From positions 573,864-637,863 of the forward strand of contig CAZSDS010000001.1 of the NCBI GenBank assembly GCA_964605735.1: DNA of 64,000 nt. Reading direction: 5' to 3'. Source of the DNA: an uncultured Candidatus Saccharibacteria bacterium (GTDB lineage: Bacteria > Patescibacteriota > Doudnabacteria > UBA920 > O2-02-FULL-48-8). Below, in pieces: positions 55,785-64,000 of this stretch (the stretch's first letter is position 1; each line of letters opens with the position of its first letter). The position numbers were made by a program, and so were the translations under genes. The notes under the pieces are model-generated. The model was given only the letters and a program-made list of their open reading frames with translations. It was not told the origin of the DNA and did not search any database.

Positions 55785-56240
55785 ATGGACTTGAACAAAG
55801 TCATGATAATCGGCCGGTTGACCCGTGATCCTGAACTCAGGAGCACCGGCAACGGCACAAATGTCGCCTCTTTCTCCGTAGCCACAGGTTTTACCTGGAC
55901 TGACCAGTCTGGACAGAAGAAAGAGCAGACCGAATTTCACAATGTAGTAGCTTGGAGAAAACTGGCAGAGATTGTCGGCCAGTATCTTAAAAAGGGTTCG
56001 CAAGTTTACATTGAAGGACGATTGCAGACAAGGTCATGGGAAGGCCAGGACGGCAAGAAAAACTACCGAACTGAAATTATTGCCGACAATATGATTATGC
56101 TGGGCGGCCGGCCAAGCGGAACCCCTGCAGCAGCTCCTATTGCCGACCAAAGCAACACGGGAAGCTCGATCCCTCCCTCATCTGCAACTGCAGACTCCAC
56201 CCCTGAAATTCAAATAGACGATTCCGATATCCCGTTTTAA
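55785..56240 (+). CDS. ssb: Single-stranded DNA-binding protein
   Basis: 151 aa with an OB fold (MIIGRLTRDPELR...) and the acidic C-terminal tip DDSDIPF. Confidence 0.93.
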   Translation: MDLNKVMIIGRLTRDPELRSTGNGTNVASFSVATGFTWTDQSGQKKEQTEFHNVVAWRKLAEIVGQYLKKGSQVYIEGRLQTRSWEGQDGKKNYRTEIIADNMIMLGGRPSGTPAAAPIADQSNTGSSIPPSSATADSTPEIQIDDSDIPF

Positions 56241-56263
56241 GCAATTAACTAAACAATTACACT

Positions 56264-56482
56264 ATGCCACAGGCTCCAACCAAGAAACCTTGCCTGTTCT
56301 GCACGGAAAAAATTTCCTACATTGATTACAAGGATACTCAGTTCCTGCGCAGATTCATGTCTCCGCACGCCAAGATCCTGTCCTCAACCAAAACAGGCAC
56401 TTGCGGCAAGCACCAAAGAATGGTGTCACAGGCCCTGAAGAGGGCACGACACATGGCCTTGCTGCCATTTGTAGCAAGTTAA
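56264..56482 (+). CDS. rpsR: 30S ribosomal protein S18
   Basis: 72 aa. CLFCTEKISYIDYKDTQFLRRFMS matches S18. Confidence 0.9.
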   Translation: MPQAPTKKPCLFCTEKISYIDYKDTQFLRRFMSPHAKILSSTKTGTCGKHQRMVSQALKRARHMALLPFVAS

Positions 56483-56491
56483 AAGCTGCAT

Positions 56492-56598
56492 GGTTTGTCC
56501 GTCTGAGGTACGTAGTCAAATTTAACTCGCGTTAAATTTGCTACTCAGGCCTCAACCGTCTCAGCGACGGTTTCCGGCAGCCCTCATCCGGACAAACC
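56492..56598 (+). ncRNA. Conspicuously structured roughly 107-nt element between rpsR and efp (nested hairpins closed by a 10-bp outer stem); function unknown
   Basis: The outer stem is ggtttgtccg/cggacaaacc. Inside are a long imperfect hairpin (ctgagg-tacg-tagtcaaatttaac-tcgc-gttaaatttgcta-ctcagg) and the hairpin ccgtctcagcgacgg. No T-run follows, so it does not look like a simple terminator. Confidence 0.35.
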
Positions 56599-56637
56599 AA
56601 TTCCGCTTGTACTTGCAACAATTATTAAATACACAAT

Positions 56638-57210
56638 ATGTCAGTATTAGACTTTTCGGATTTGAAAGGGACAGGCCAGGTTATCAAATACAACGGCGAA
56701 CCTTATCAAATCATCTGGTCCAACTTCATGCGTACCGCCCAGAGAAAGCCGGTTATCCAAACCAAAATGCGCAACCTCATCAGCGGTAAAGTCATGGAAT
56801 ACTCCTTTAAATACGGAGAAAAGATTGAGGGTGCGGACGTCACCAGAAAGAAAATGCAATATCTTTACTCGGATGACAGCGGCGCATCATTCATGGACCC
56901 GGTCAGCTACGAGACCGTAATCCTCCCCCGCGAACTGGTCGAAGACCAAATCAAGTTCTTGAAAGAAGGTACAGACACAACTGTTGTTTTCTTTGAAGAA
57001 CGTGCCATTGGTCTGGACCTTCCCATCAAGATTGACCTCAAGGTGGTGGAAACTGCTCCGGGCATCAAGGGCGACACTGCCACCGGCGGCACCAAGCCCG
57101 CCACTCTGGAAACTGGACACGTCGTCAATGTCCCTCTTTTCATAAAAGAAGGCGACATGGTCCGGGTGGACAGCAGAGACGGTTCTTACGTAGAACGCGC
57201 CAGCCAGTAA
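56638..57210 (+). CDS. efp: Elongation factor P
   Basis: 190 aa with the three-domain EF-P pattern (KPVIQTKMRNL.SG...). Confidence 0.93.
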   Translation: MSVLDFSDLKGTGQVIKYNGEPYQIIWSNFMRTAQRKPVIQTKMRNLISGKVMEYSFKYGEKIEGADVTRKKMQYLYSDDSGASFMDPVSYETVILPRELVEDQIKFLKEGTDTTVVFFEERAIGLDLPIKIDLKVVETAPGIKGDTATGGTKPATLETGHVVNVPLFIKEGDMVRVDSRDGSYVERASQ

Positions 57211-57315
57211 TTTATAAACATCCAATCAAGACTCGACACTCGACGTTCAGGACCAAATCGAAATTTTGAACAATCCGCGCTTGAGTATGGACTAATCAAA
57301 GTCACATAGAAGCAT

Positions 57316-57345
57316 TAAAAAATCACCTGTTCAGGTGATTTTTTG
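57316..57345. terminator. Bidirectional rho-independent terminator
   Basis: Hairpin atcacctgttcaggtgat flanked by A/T runs. Confidence 0.75.
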
Positions 57346-57355
57346 TGGCTGAAAT

Positions 57356-57832
57356 TTATTCAGTAACCCTAACTGAGCCGGTGCGGGTTGGATTTAGGTG
57401 GTCATGGAACCTCCAGTTGCCAACCCGGTCAAAAGTGAACGACCAGGATTCGCCAACCGCCACCCCTTGCTTTGGGTCAAAGGCAGGATAATCAGTGTGG
57501 CTTGGATGAGGAGCAGATGCAGGCCAGATATCTTTGGTTCCGTTGTTGATGAAAGTTACGGTGTCGCCTCTTTTAACTGTCAGGTCTTTTGGAGTATAAC
57601 CTGAATCAGTCATGCTGACCTGGTACTCCTGTGGCTCTTGTGGCTCGCCTGTATTTTGGTCAGGGTTTTCCCCTTCATTTGCAGAAGGAGTTGGAGTAGG
57701 GGTTGGATTTGTGGTCTCATTTTGCATTTCATTCCCATTGTCTGCAGGCGCAGATGCATCCTGGTTCATAAGCAAAACCGCACCCACGACCACAATAACC
57801 ACTACTATAACGCCCAATAAAGTTCTATTCAT
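57356..57832 (-). CDS. Cupredoxin-like domain protein with an N-terminal TM anchor and a Pro/Thr/Asn-rich linker
   Basis: 158 aa. The C-terminal domain (KRGDTVTFINNGTKDIWPASAPHPSH...WRFHDHLNP) resembles cupredoxin/EfeO-type copper sites. Confidence 0.5.
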   Translation of the reverse strand: MNRTLLGVIVVVIVVVGAVLLMNQDASAPADNGNEMQNETTNPTPTPTPSANEGENPDQNTGEPQEPQEYQVSMTDSGYTPKDLTVKRGDTVTFINNGTKDIWPASAPHPSHTDYPAFDPKQGVAVGESWSFTFDRVGNWRFHDHLNPTRTGSVRVTE

Positions 57833-57852
57833 AGAAGATACGTCCTTTCTAA

Positions 57853-58827
57853 TTATATTTTATGCGCGTCCACAACAGGTTTTGCGTGGACCTCACATAC
57901 TTCGCTGCCGTGCAAACCCAGATCTTTAAAGGCTGAAGTTGCAGCCATAGCGCCTGTGGCCGCGGCAGTTATGTCCTGTTTGAACGCCCCAAAGTGATTA
58001 GTAGTATCACCTGCGGCAAACACCCCGTCAATGTTCGTTTGCATGAAATTATCAACCTTAATGTACCCCCTTTCATCCAATTCCACGCCAATTGACTTCG
58101 CTAATTCAACATTTGGCACCGCTCCAATCTCAACAAACAGTCCGTCAATTTTTAATTCACCTGATTTGCCGCCGGTATTAAGCACAATCTTTTCCAGTCC
58201 TAAGCCGCTGGATTTTGAAACGATTTCCTCAACTTGGCTGTCGTAAATGACATCCACTTTATCTCCCAACTTTTTCATCATGTCGTAATTAATTGGCTCA
58301 GCATGCAGTTCTTTTTCCCTGGTAATGAGATAAACTTTTTTAGCGTACACACCAGCCAAGTTTGCCCCCTTAACGGAAGCATCTCCGCCACCGACAATCG
58401 CAATTGTCTTTCCGGTATATAACGGGCCGTCGCAGGTCACGCAGTAATGAACCCCCTTCCCCACTAAACTCTTTTCATTTGATAGGCCAAGTTTTCTTCT
58501 TTCTGTTCCCAGGGCGAAAATCAAAGTCTTGCCTTGATATTCATTTTCACCCACAAAAACCGAAATACAGTGTCCTTGTTTTACAATCCTGGATACCTCC
58601 CCCTCCAGGATTTCTGCGCCAGTGGTTTTGGCCTGGTCGCGCATCCGAGTCATCAGCTCATACCCGTCAATTTCAGGCAGTCCGGGGTAGTTGGAAATGA
58701 TCCAGGCTGTTGAGGTTTCGCCGCCGAACTCCTTGCCTATAACCAAGGTTTTCATTTTATACCGCCCCGCGTAAATGGCGGCTGACAAGCCGGAAGCACC
58801 TGTCCCTATGATTATCAAATCGTACAT
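57853..58827 (-). CDS. Thioredoxin-reductase-like FAD/NAD(P)-binding oxidoreductase (CVTC redox motif)
   Basis: 324 aa. It has the TrxB-like architecture with GxGxxG x2 and CVTCDG in place of the canonical CATCDG. Confidence 0.7.
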   Translation of the reverse strand: MYDLIIIGTGASGLSAAIYAGRYKMKTLVIGKEFGGETSTAWIISNYPGLPEIDGYELMTRMRDQAKTTGAEILEGEVSRIVKQGHCISVFVGENEYQGKTLIFALGTERRKLGLSNEKSLVGKGVHYCVTCDGPLYTGKTIAIVGGGDASVKGANLAGVYAKKVYLITREKELHAEPINYDMMKKLGDKVDVIYDSQVEEIVSKSSGLGLEKIVLNTGGKSGELKIDGLFVEIGAVPNVELAKSIGVELDERGYIKVDNFMQTNIDGVFAAGDTTNHFGAFKQDITAAATGAMAATSAFKDLGLHGSEVCEVHAKPVVDAHKI

Positions 58828-58873
58828 TTTTGTTTCAATTAAAGTTAGATATATTTTAGCAAAATTTTATTGT

Positions 58874-59560
58874 TTAGGTCAGGTTTTGGGTTGCTTCTTT
58901 AACCCACTCCACAAGGCTGGCCATAAACTCGGGATTGTTGTCGAAAATTTGCGTGCCGTGCCCGCCAGTTCTGAAAATCTGGATGGATTTTTTCTGGCTT
59001 GAGCAGGCATTGTACAAAGTTTCCGTCTGGGCGGCGTTCCCCTCCACTCTGTCATCATCCAAAGCCGAAACAAAATACACCGGCAAAACCTCAGGCAATG
59101 AAGTGGTAAGCCGGCCAGCCTCAATCCCGTAATAATTGAGCCCTGGAGATAGGAATATGGCAAACGCCGCAGGGTTAGCAGCCGCATATTGCATGGATAA
59201 ATTCGCCCCTATGCTCGCCCCCACAAACCCAATCGCCATGTCAGGATTCTGCTTGAGCAAGTAGTCAACTGACGCCTTCAGGTCAAAAATTGATTTTTGG
59301 TGCTGTTCCGCGGAAAAGTTTTGGTAATCCCCGCCTGAAGATTCGCCATGTCCCCGCAGGTCTATTGCCAGCGTGTGAAATCCGGCCCGTGACAACTGCT
59401 CGGCAAATTTCGCGTAAGATTCCTTTGTTGCCGGCATCATATGCACCAAAACCACCCCAAAAGGCAAAGAGCCGGGTATGTAAGTCCCGGCTATTTCGAA
59501 ATCATCAACCGTATTCAGTTTCACATCAAGACTTTTCATAACCGTACCCCAATCTGCCAC
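58874..59560 (-). CDS. Alpha/beta hydrolase (dienelactone hydrolase / prolyl oligopeptidase-like)
   Basis: 228 aa. It has a HG oxyanion motif and the nucleophile elbow GASIGA. Confidence 0.7.
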   Translation of the reverse strand: MADWGTVMKSLDVKLNTVDDFEIAGTYIPGSLPFGVVLVHMMPATKESYAKFAEQLSRAGFHTLAIDLRGHGESSGGDYQNFSAEQHQKSIFDLKASVDYLLKQNPDMAIGFVGASIGANLSMQYAAANPAAFAIFLSPGLNYYGIEAGRLTTSLPEVLPVYFVSALDDDRVEGNAAQTETLYNACSSQKKSIQIFRTGGHGTQIFDNNPEFMASLVEWVKEATQNLT

Positions 59561-59568
59561 TGTTAAGT

Positions 59569-60078
59569 TTAAGGCACTTTTTCAGGACCCTGGTCATAAT
59601 GAGCTTCAATAAACCTCAAAATGGTAGTCTCATCAAAAGCATCCAATTTCTGCAAACGGGTCCACGCAGCCAATGCAATGTTCGAGTCATTAGCTTCCCT
59701 TGGCGTGACAATAACTTTGCGGTATCTCTGGGCAAAATCTTTCAGCCTGGAAATATCTTCCGCGCTCACAACTGATGGTTTGTAAGAGATCCAGATGCCG
59801 CCATGCTCAAGATTGTGCACGTATCTTTCATCAGCCTCCGGGTTGTCATGGATCCCCCACGGCGCGGCCTCCGGCCAATGCCAGCCTGACGTCGGCGGGT
59901 TGGAATTGTATGGAGGGTGTTCTTTGCTCCCATCAGCAATATGCTCTGCCCCCTGGTTTTCCAACAGCTCGCCTGGCTTGGTGGAAGAATCAGGTGCGCT
60001 GTTAGAGGAAGTGAACAAGTAATACCCCAAACCAACAACTGCAATCACAACCCCGAAGATACCTATGAATGCTTTCAT
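59569..60078 (-). CDS. DUF3105 domain protein (signal-anchored)
   Basis: 169 aa with an N-terminal TM helix. The HNLEHGGIWISY core is typical of DUF3105. Confidence 0.6.
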   Translation of the reverse strand: MKAFIGIFGVVIAVVGLGYYLFTSSNSAPDSSTKPGELLENQGAEHIADGSKEHPPYNSNPPTSGWHWPEAAPWGIHDNPEADERYVHNLEHGGIWISYKPSVVSAEDISRLKDFAQRYRKVIVTPREANDSNIALAAWTRLQKLDAFDETTILRFIEAHYDQGPEKVP

Positions 60079-60114
60079 GTATTTATTTTTAAGAATAAAT
60101 TATTTTTGTGTCAA

Positions 60115-61053
60115 TTAGCCATGGTCCAATCCAAGATATCTTTCAGCATCAATAGCGGCCATGCACCCCATTCCGGCTGCAGTGACTGCCTGACGGTAAT
60201 GGTGGTCATGTACGTCCCCTGCCACAAACACACCGGGAACGGAAGTTGCCATTGGGAAATGGGAGTCCTTGCCGCTCTTTAAAACATAACCTTTCTCATC
60301 CGTCTCTACCTGACCCTTGAACAAAGCAGTGTTTGGGTTATGGCCAATGGCAATAAAAGCGCCATCAATTTTCATTTCCCTGGCTTCGCCGGTATTCACG
60401 TCCTTAAGCTTTACCCCTGTCAGCTTTTCATCGCCAAAAAAGTCCTCAACAACAGTGTTGTACATGACCGAAATTTTTGGGTTATTCAGCGCGCGCTCCT
60501 GCATGATCTTAGAGGCACGGAAAGCATCCCTTCTGTGGACGATTGTAACTTTCGAAGCAAACTTGGTCAGGTACGAAGCTTCTTCCATAGCCGAATCCCC
60601 GCCGCCAACTACAATTATTTCTTTGTCTTTGAAGAAAAAACCATCGCAAGTCGCGCATGACGAAACACCCTTGCCACGGAATTTTTCCTCGGAAGGAAGA
60701 CCAAGCCAAATTGATGAGGCGCCAGTGGCAATGATTACGGAATCAGCTGTGTAAGTTTCTTTTCCGATTTCCAAAGTGAACGGCTTTTTAGAAAAATCAA
60801 CTTTTGTGACATCATCATAAACCAACTCAGCGCCGAATCTTTCCGCCTGCTGAATCATTCCCTGCATCAGCTCAGGACCCATGATGCCTTTTGGGAACCC
60901 AGGGAAATTTTCAACTTCCGTGGTAAGCATCAGCTGGCCACCAAAAGTCAACCCAGCGACTATTAAAGGTTTTAAATCTGCACGGGCAGTATAAATACCA
61001 GCAGTTAAACCTGCTGGCCCTGACCCGATAATTATTACTTTATGATGCTTCAT
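60115..61053 (-). CDS. trxB: Thioredoxin-disulfide reductase
   Basis: 312 aa with GSGPAG, the CATCDG redox-active disulfide and a second GGGDSA NADPH motif. Confidence 0.9.
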   Translation of the reverse strand: MKHHKVIIIGSGPAGLTAGIYTARADLKPLIVAGLTFGGQLMLTTEVENFPGFPKGIMGPELMQGMIQQAERFGAELVYDDVTKVDFSKKPFTLEIGKETYTADSVIIATGASSIWLGLPSEEKFRGKGVSSCATCDGFFFKDKEIIVVGGGDSAMEEASYLTKFASKVTIVHRRDAFRASKIMQERALNNPKISVMYNTVVEDFFGDEKLTGVKLKDVNTGEAREMKIDGAFIAIGHNPNTALFKGQVETDEKGYVLKSGKDSHFPMATSVPGVFVAGDVHDHHYRQAVTAAGMGCMAAIDAERYLGLDHG

Positions 61054-61063
61054 ATTACACCTG

Positions 61064-62017
61064 CTATATTTTCTTAATTTGCGTCCAGTCTGAGGTCATT
61101 CCGGCTCCGCCCCGCTGTTTCATTATATGGTCGTGGGCTGCAAGCGCTGCGGCTGCACCCTCACCAGCGGAAATTACTGCCTGCTTGTATGGCCGGTTAG
61201 TCACATCTCCTGCCGCAAACACCCCCGGCACAGACGTTTCCTGGTTGGCGTCTATAACCACCTGCCCCAACTCATCCAATTCGCAGAAACCTTCCAGCCA
61301 TTTTGAGTTTACCATATATCCGATTTCCACGAACAACCCTTCCGTCTCATACTTTACTTGCTGACCAGTCAATAAATTGTGGCATTTAAGATGCTGGAGG
61401 TATTTCTCTCCGCAGACCTCCTGAATCTGGGTATGCGGGACCAGTTCGATTTTTTTATGCTTCAAAACCTTTTTGACCAGCGCCGGATGCCCAATCAGTT
61501 TATCAGTTTTTGACAATGTGTAAACCTTTTTGGCGAATTTGGCGCAAATCAGCGCCGCCTCCAGTCCTATATCGCCATAGCCGGCAACAATAACGGTTCG
61601 GCCCTTGAAAAGAGGGGCATCGCAAGTGGCGCAGTAAGAGACTCCCCTGCCCTTAAGCTCATGCTCACCCGGCACATTCAGATCCATGGGACTTTTTCCA
61701 AAAGCCAGAATAACAGTCTTGGATTTGTATTGTTTGCCGTAAGCCTGAACCACAAAACCATCAGGCGCGGTTTTTAATTTACTCGCTTCCGCTATCTCAG
61801 TTTTTACACCCCAACCTTCAGCCTGTTTCTTTATTTTGCTGACAAGCTCATAGCCGCCAGTCAAAGCTATCCCTGGGAAATTCTCTATGACGTCAGTGCT
61901 GTTGGCCTGCCCGCCAATGTCTTTGGCCAAAACCGAAACCTCCAGACCCCGTCTGGCTGCAAACAAAGCGCTGCTGTAGGCCGCAATGCCTCCACCAATT
62001 ATTAACACATCGGTCAT
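61064..62017 (-). CDS. Thioredoxin-reductase paralogue (CATC motif present, divergent)
   Basis: 317 aa with a YCATCDAP motif. It has the TrxB-like fold but divergent N/C-terminal regions. Confidence 0.7.
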   Translation of the reverse strand: MTDVLIIGGGIAAYSSALFAARRGLEVSVLAKDIGGQANSTDVIENFPGIALTGGYELVSKIKKQAEGWGVKTEIAEASKLKTAPDGFVVQAYGKQYKSKTVILAFGKSPMDLNVPGEHELKGRGVSYCATCDAPLFKGRTVIVAGYGDIGLEAALICAKFAKKVYTLSKTDKLIGHPALVKKVLKHKKIELVPHTQIQEVCGEKYLQHLKCHNLLTGQQVKYETEGLFVEIGYMVNSKWLEGFCELDELGQVVIDANQETSVPGVFAAGDVTNRPYKQAVISAGEGAAAALAAHDHIMKQRGGAGMTSDWTQIKKI

Positions 62018-62093
62018 ATTCTTTGTTTTTTCACTCGCGTTTGCCCGCTATCAGACAAACCGCCGCGTGACAAGATTATAAGTTATTCGATAA

Positions 62094-62951
62094 TTACTTT
62101 TCGGCTAATATAACCACATTCTCCAATAGCTTAGCGACTGTAATGGGGCCAACTCCGCCTGGCACAGGCGTAATCAAACTTGCTTTTTTTGCCACCCTTT
62201 CAAAATCTACGTCACCCTGCAAAGCCCCATCCACGGAACTGGTTCCCGCATCAATAACGGTTGCGCCTTTCTTTACCATGTCTGCCTTGATCAATCCAGG
62301 CTGACCAGTGCCGCTGATCAAAATATCTGCTTTTTTTGTATGGTCTGAAAGTTTCTTTGTACCGAGTCCGCACACTGTCATGGTCACAGGGTGATTGAGC
62401 ATTACAGCAGCAACCGCCTTCCCAACCAACTCTCCCTGCCCAACCACCACCACATGCGTCCCTTCCAATTCAATGTCAGACAAAATTTCCATCACAGCTC
62501 CGGCTGTTGGAGGAATAATCTTCATATGCCCCCGCGCTACCCTTCCTATTGCCGCAGAAGACAAACAGTCCGCATCTTTGTCAGGATCAATGGCATCCAG
62601 AATTTCCTGAGTATCAATTTGCTTAGGCAGAGGCAGTTGGACCATAACCGCGTCATTGCGCAGCTGTAAGCGCACAAGCTCTTCATTCAGCTGTTCCTGG
62701 TCAACATTAGCCGGAAACCGGATTAAGGAAAAATCAATGCCAACGTATTCCGCAGCTTTGGCTTTTTTCTCAACATACTTTTTTGAAGCCGGATTATCCC
62801 CGACCATAACCACTGCCAAAGTCGGCTGGCGGCGCAATTTGGAAACGCGAGCCTTCACAGAGTCAAGGATTTTTTGGGCAATCAATTTTCCTTCTATTTC
62901 TGCCATGATTTTGGGATTAAAATGCTTCTCTATTTTAGCATTTTCAGACAT
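62094..62951 (-). CDS. folD: Bifunctional methylenetetrahydrofolate dehydrogenase/cyclohydrolase
   Basis: About 285 aa from ATG 62951. It has the FolD motifs (VGDNPASKKYV, HVVVVGQGELVGKAV and PVPGGVGPITVA). The track ORF's N-terminal extension is spurious. Confidence 0.92.
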   Translation of the reverse strand: MSENAKIEKHFNPKIMAEIEGKLIAQKILDSVKARVSKLRRQPTLAVVMVGDNPASKKYVEKKAKAAEYVGIDFSLIRFPANVDQEQLNEELVRLQLRNDAVMVQLPLPKQIDTQEILDAIDPDKDADCLSSAAIGRVARGHMKIIPPTAGAVMEILSDIELEGTHVVVVGQGELVGKAVAAVMLNHPVTMTVCGLGTKKLSDHTKKADILISGTGQPGLIKADMVKKGATVIDAGTSSVDGALQGDVDFERVAKKASLITPVPGGVGPITVAKLLENVVILAEK

Positions 62952-63113
62952 AAAAAAACAGTAGCGCAAAACTACTGATAATCGACAAGATCGACAAAAT
63001 TGAACGATTCTATCCTTAGTTGTAGCCGGGCATGTCACGAACGGCCCGGCAAACCAGTCAATGCTATAATACCCTTGTGCCAGCTGTAACAAAATAATGA
63101 TTTTATCGATACA

Positions 63114-63662
63114 ATGTTAGACGAAACAGACGTTCAAAAGCTGGTCTCAGAAGCTGCCAAAGGCAACAGTGATTCATTCGGCAAGCTTTACGATCTCTAC
63201 TCCGCCCGTATCTTCAACTTCATTTTCTCCCGCGTCAGAAACAAGCAAACCGCAGAAGACATCCTCCACACCGTATTCATGAAGGCCTGGAACAATCTCC
63301 CCAAGTACCGCCCGACCAAGTCCGCAAAATTCTCAACCTGGCTGTTCCAGATCGCAAACTTCACGGTGATTGATTACTGGAGGACACAAAAGGAGACTGT
63401 TGAAATTGATAAGCTGGAAAACCTCGCGGCCTTCGCCAAAGAACCCAAGCTTTACGAAGACTACAGTTTTTTATGGAAGGCGCTGGAGGAGCTTCCGGAA
63501 GACTACCGAACAGTCCTCCGCCTGCGGTTCGTGGATGATCTGACGGTTTCTGAGACTGCTTTTGCCATGCAAAAAAGCGAAGTCGGAATCAGAGTGCTTC
63601 AGCACCGCGCTTTGAAAGCGCTCCGCAATTTTTTAATTAAGAACGGTTACGAAAATGTTTAA
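63114..63662 (+). CDS. ECF-subfamily RNA polymerase sigma-70 factor
   Basis: 182 aa with a sigma-70 region 2 (FNFIFSRVRNKQTAEDILHTVFMKAW) and a region 4 HTH. Confidence 0.9.
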   Translation: MLDETDVQKLVSEAAKGNSDSFGKLYDLYSARIFNFIFSRVRNKQTAEDILHTVFMKAWNNLPKYRPTKSAKFSTWLFQIANFTVIDYWRTQKETVEIDKLENLAAFAKEPKLYEDYSFLWKALEELPEDYRTVLRLRFVDDLTVSETAFAMQKSEVGIRVLQHRALKALRNFLIKNGYENV

Positions 63663-64000
63663 CCTCTTTGGCTCAAAAAAGAATGAAAAAGCAATAAACC
63701 TGCTGCAAAAGGCGCAGGCGGATTTTGCTTTTGACCAAACAAGTGTTAAACGAAGGCTGTTAATCTCCATTGAAGAACACCAGCTCTCCACTGCGGAAAA
63801 ACTGGTCCGAGAACGCACGCATAAAACGTTCCTCAGGCGGCACAGACTGGCCACTGCCTCCACCCTGCTGTTGCTGGTGATAGTCGGCACTGGCGCAACC
63901 CTGGCCCAGGCTGACATTTCAAACCCCGGCGACAGATTCCATACGCTGGACCAATGGGGAGAAAAATTCCTTTTGATACTTCCGCTATCCGAAAAAATGA
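63658..64000 (+). CDS. Putative anti-sigma factor (partial; continues past the right edge of the window)
   Basis: Open-ended ORF overlapping the sigma-factor stop by 4 nt. It has a predicted TM helix (LLLLVIVGTGATLA). The call is by position only. Confidence 0.4.

Noticed and set aside
1-64000. CRISPR arrays, IS/transposase genes, integrases, restriction-modification or known defence-system genes
   Set aside because: I looked for regularly spaced direct repeats and for transposase, integrase, methyltransferase or nuclease signatures on both strands. None was found. The only repeats are the 13-nt pair at 25455-25487 and the 12-nt tandem at about 55097-55120.

Overview
Mostly a housekeeping chromosomal segment of a small-genome bacterium with background GC roughly in the mid-40s %. 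The isolated ftsA-ftsZ pair, short intergenic regions and many genes lacking a Shine-Dalgarno sequence hint at a reduced, possibly Patescibacteria/CPR-like or Gram-positive-like lineage; this is a low-confidence inference.

Reading left to right, the clear genes are:
- nrdR plus a partial class II ribonucleotide reductase (nrdJ) with tandem NrdR boxes, then ftsA-ftsZ, yqeY-rpsU, hisS, lepB and tRNA-Val.
- An LCP-family protein, der, pth, dprA, capA and topA.
- A LOG-family protein and a type II NADH dehydrogenase.
- A copper-homeostasis operon: thioredoxin-like protein, CopZ, CopA, a cupredoxin and an 856-aa DoxX/DsbD-like/His-rich fusion protein.
- rluB and tRNA-Lys.
- A heat-shock operon hrcA-grpE-hsp20-dnaK-[DUF3467]-[membrane protein]-dnaJ, preceded by two CIRCE operators.
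- A NUDIX hydrolase, uvrA and uvrC.
- secG, an OppA-like solute-binding protein, tRNA-Leu and RNase J.
- trpS, a phosphomannomutase, a DEDD exonuclease and ychF.
- rpsF-ssb-rpsR, efp, and a redox cluster with a cupredoxin and three thioredoxin-reductase paralogues.
- folD, and an ECF sigma factor with a partial anti-sigma factor at the right edge.

The clearest anomaly is a markedly GC-rich island of about 2.6 kb wedged between uvrA and uvrC. It encodes two secreted PEP-CTERM (exosortase-substrate) proteins and a DUF559-like endonuclease-fold gene. Other compositionally foreign orphan genes lie elsewhere in the window.

Other noteworthy items:
- A promoter-sORF-terminator unit divergent from tRNA-Lys.
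- A small divergent gene inside the heat-shock locus.
- A roughly 107-nt nested-hairpin element between rpsR and efp.
- A tRNA 5'-fragment beside tRNA-Val.
- A tandem-HTH excisionase-like gene beside tRNA-Leu.
- Structured leaders on rpsF and rpsU.

I found no CRISPR array, transposase, integrase, restriction-modification system or other recognisable defence system. All calls rest on reading the sequence by eye and on recognition of protein motifs; no searches were run.
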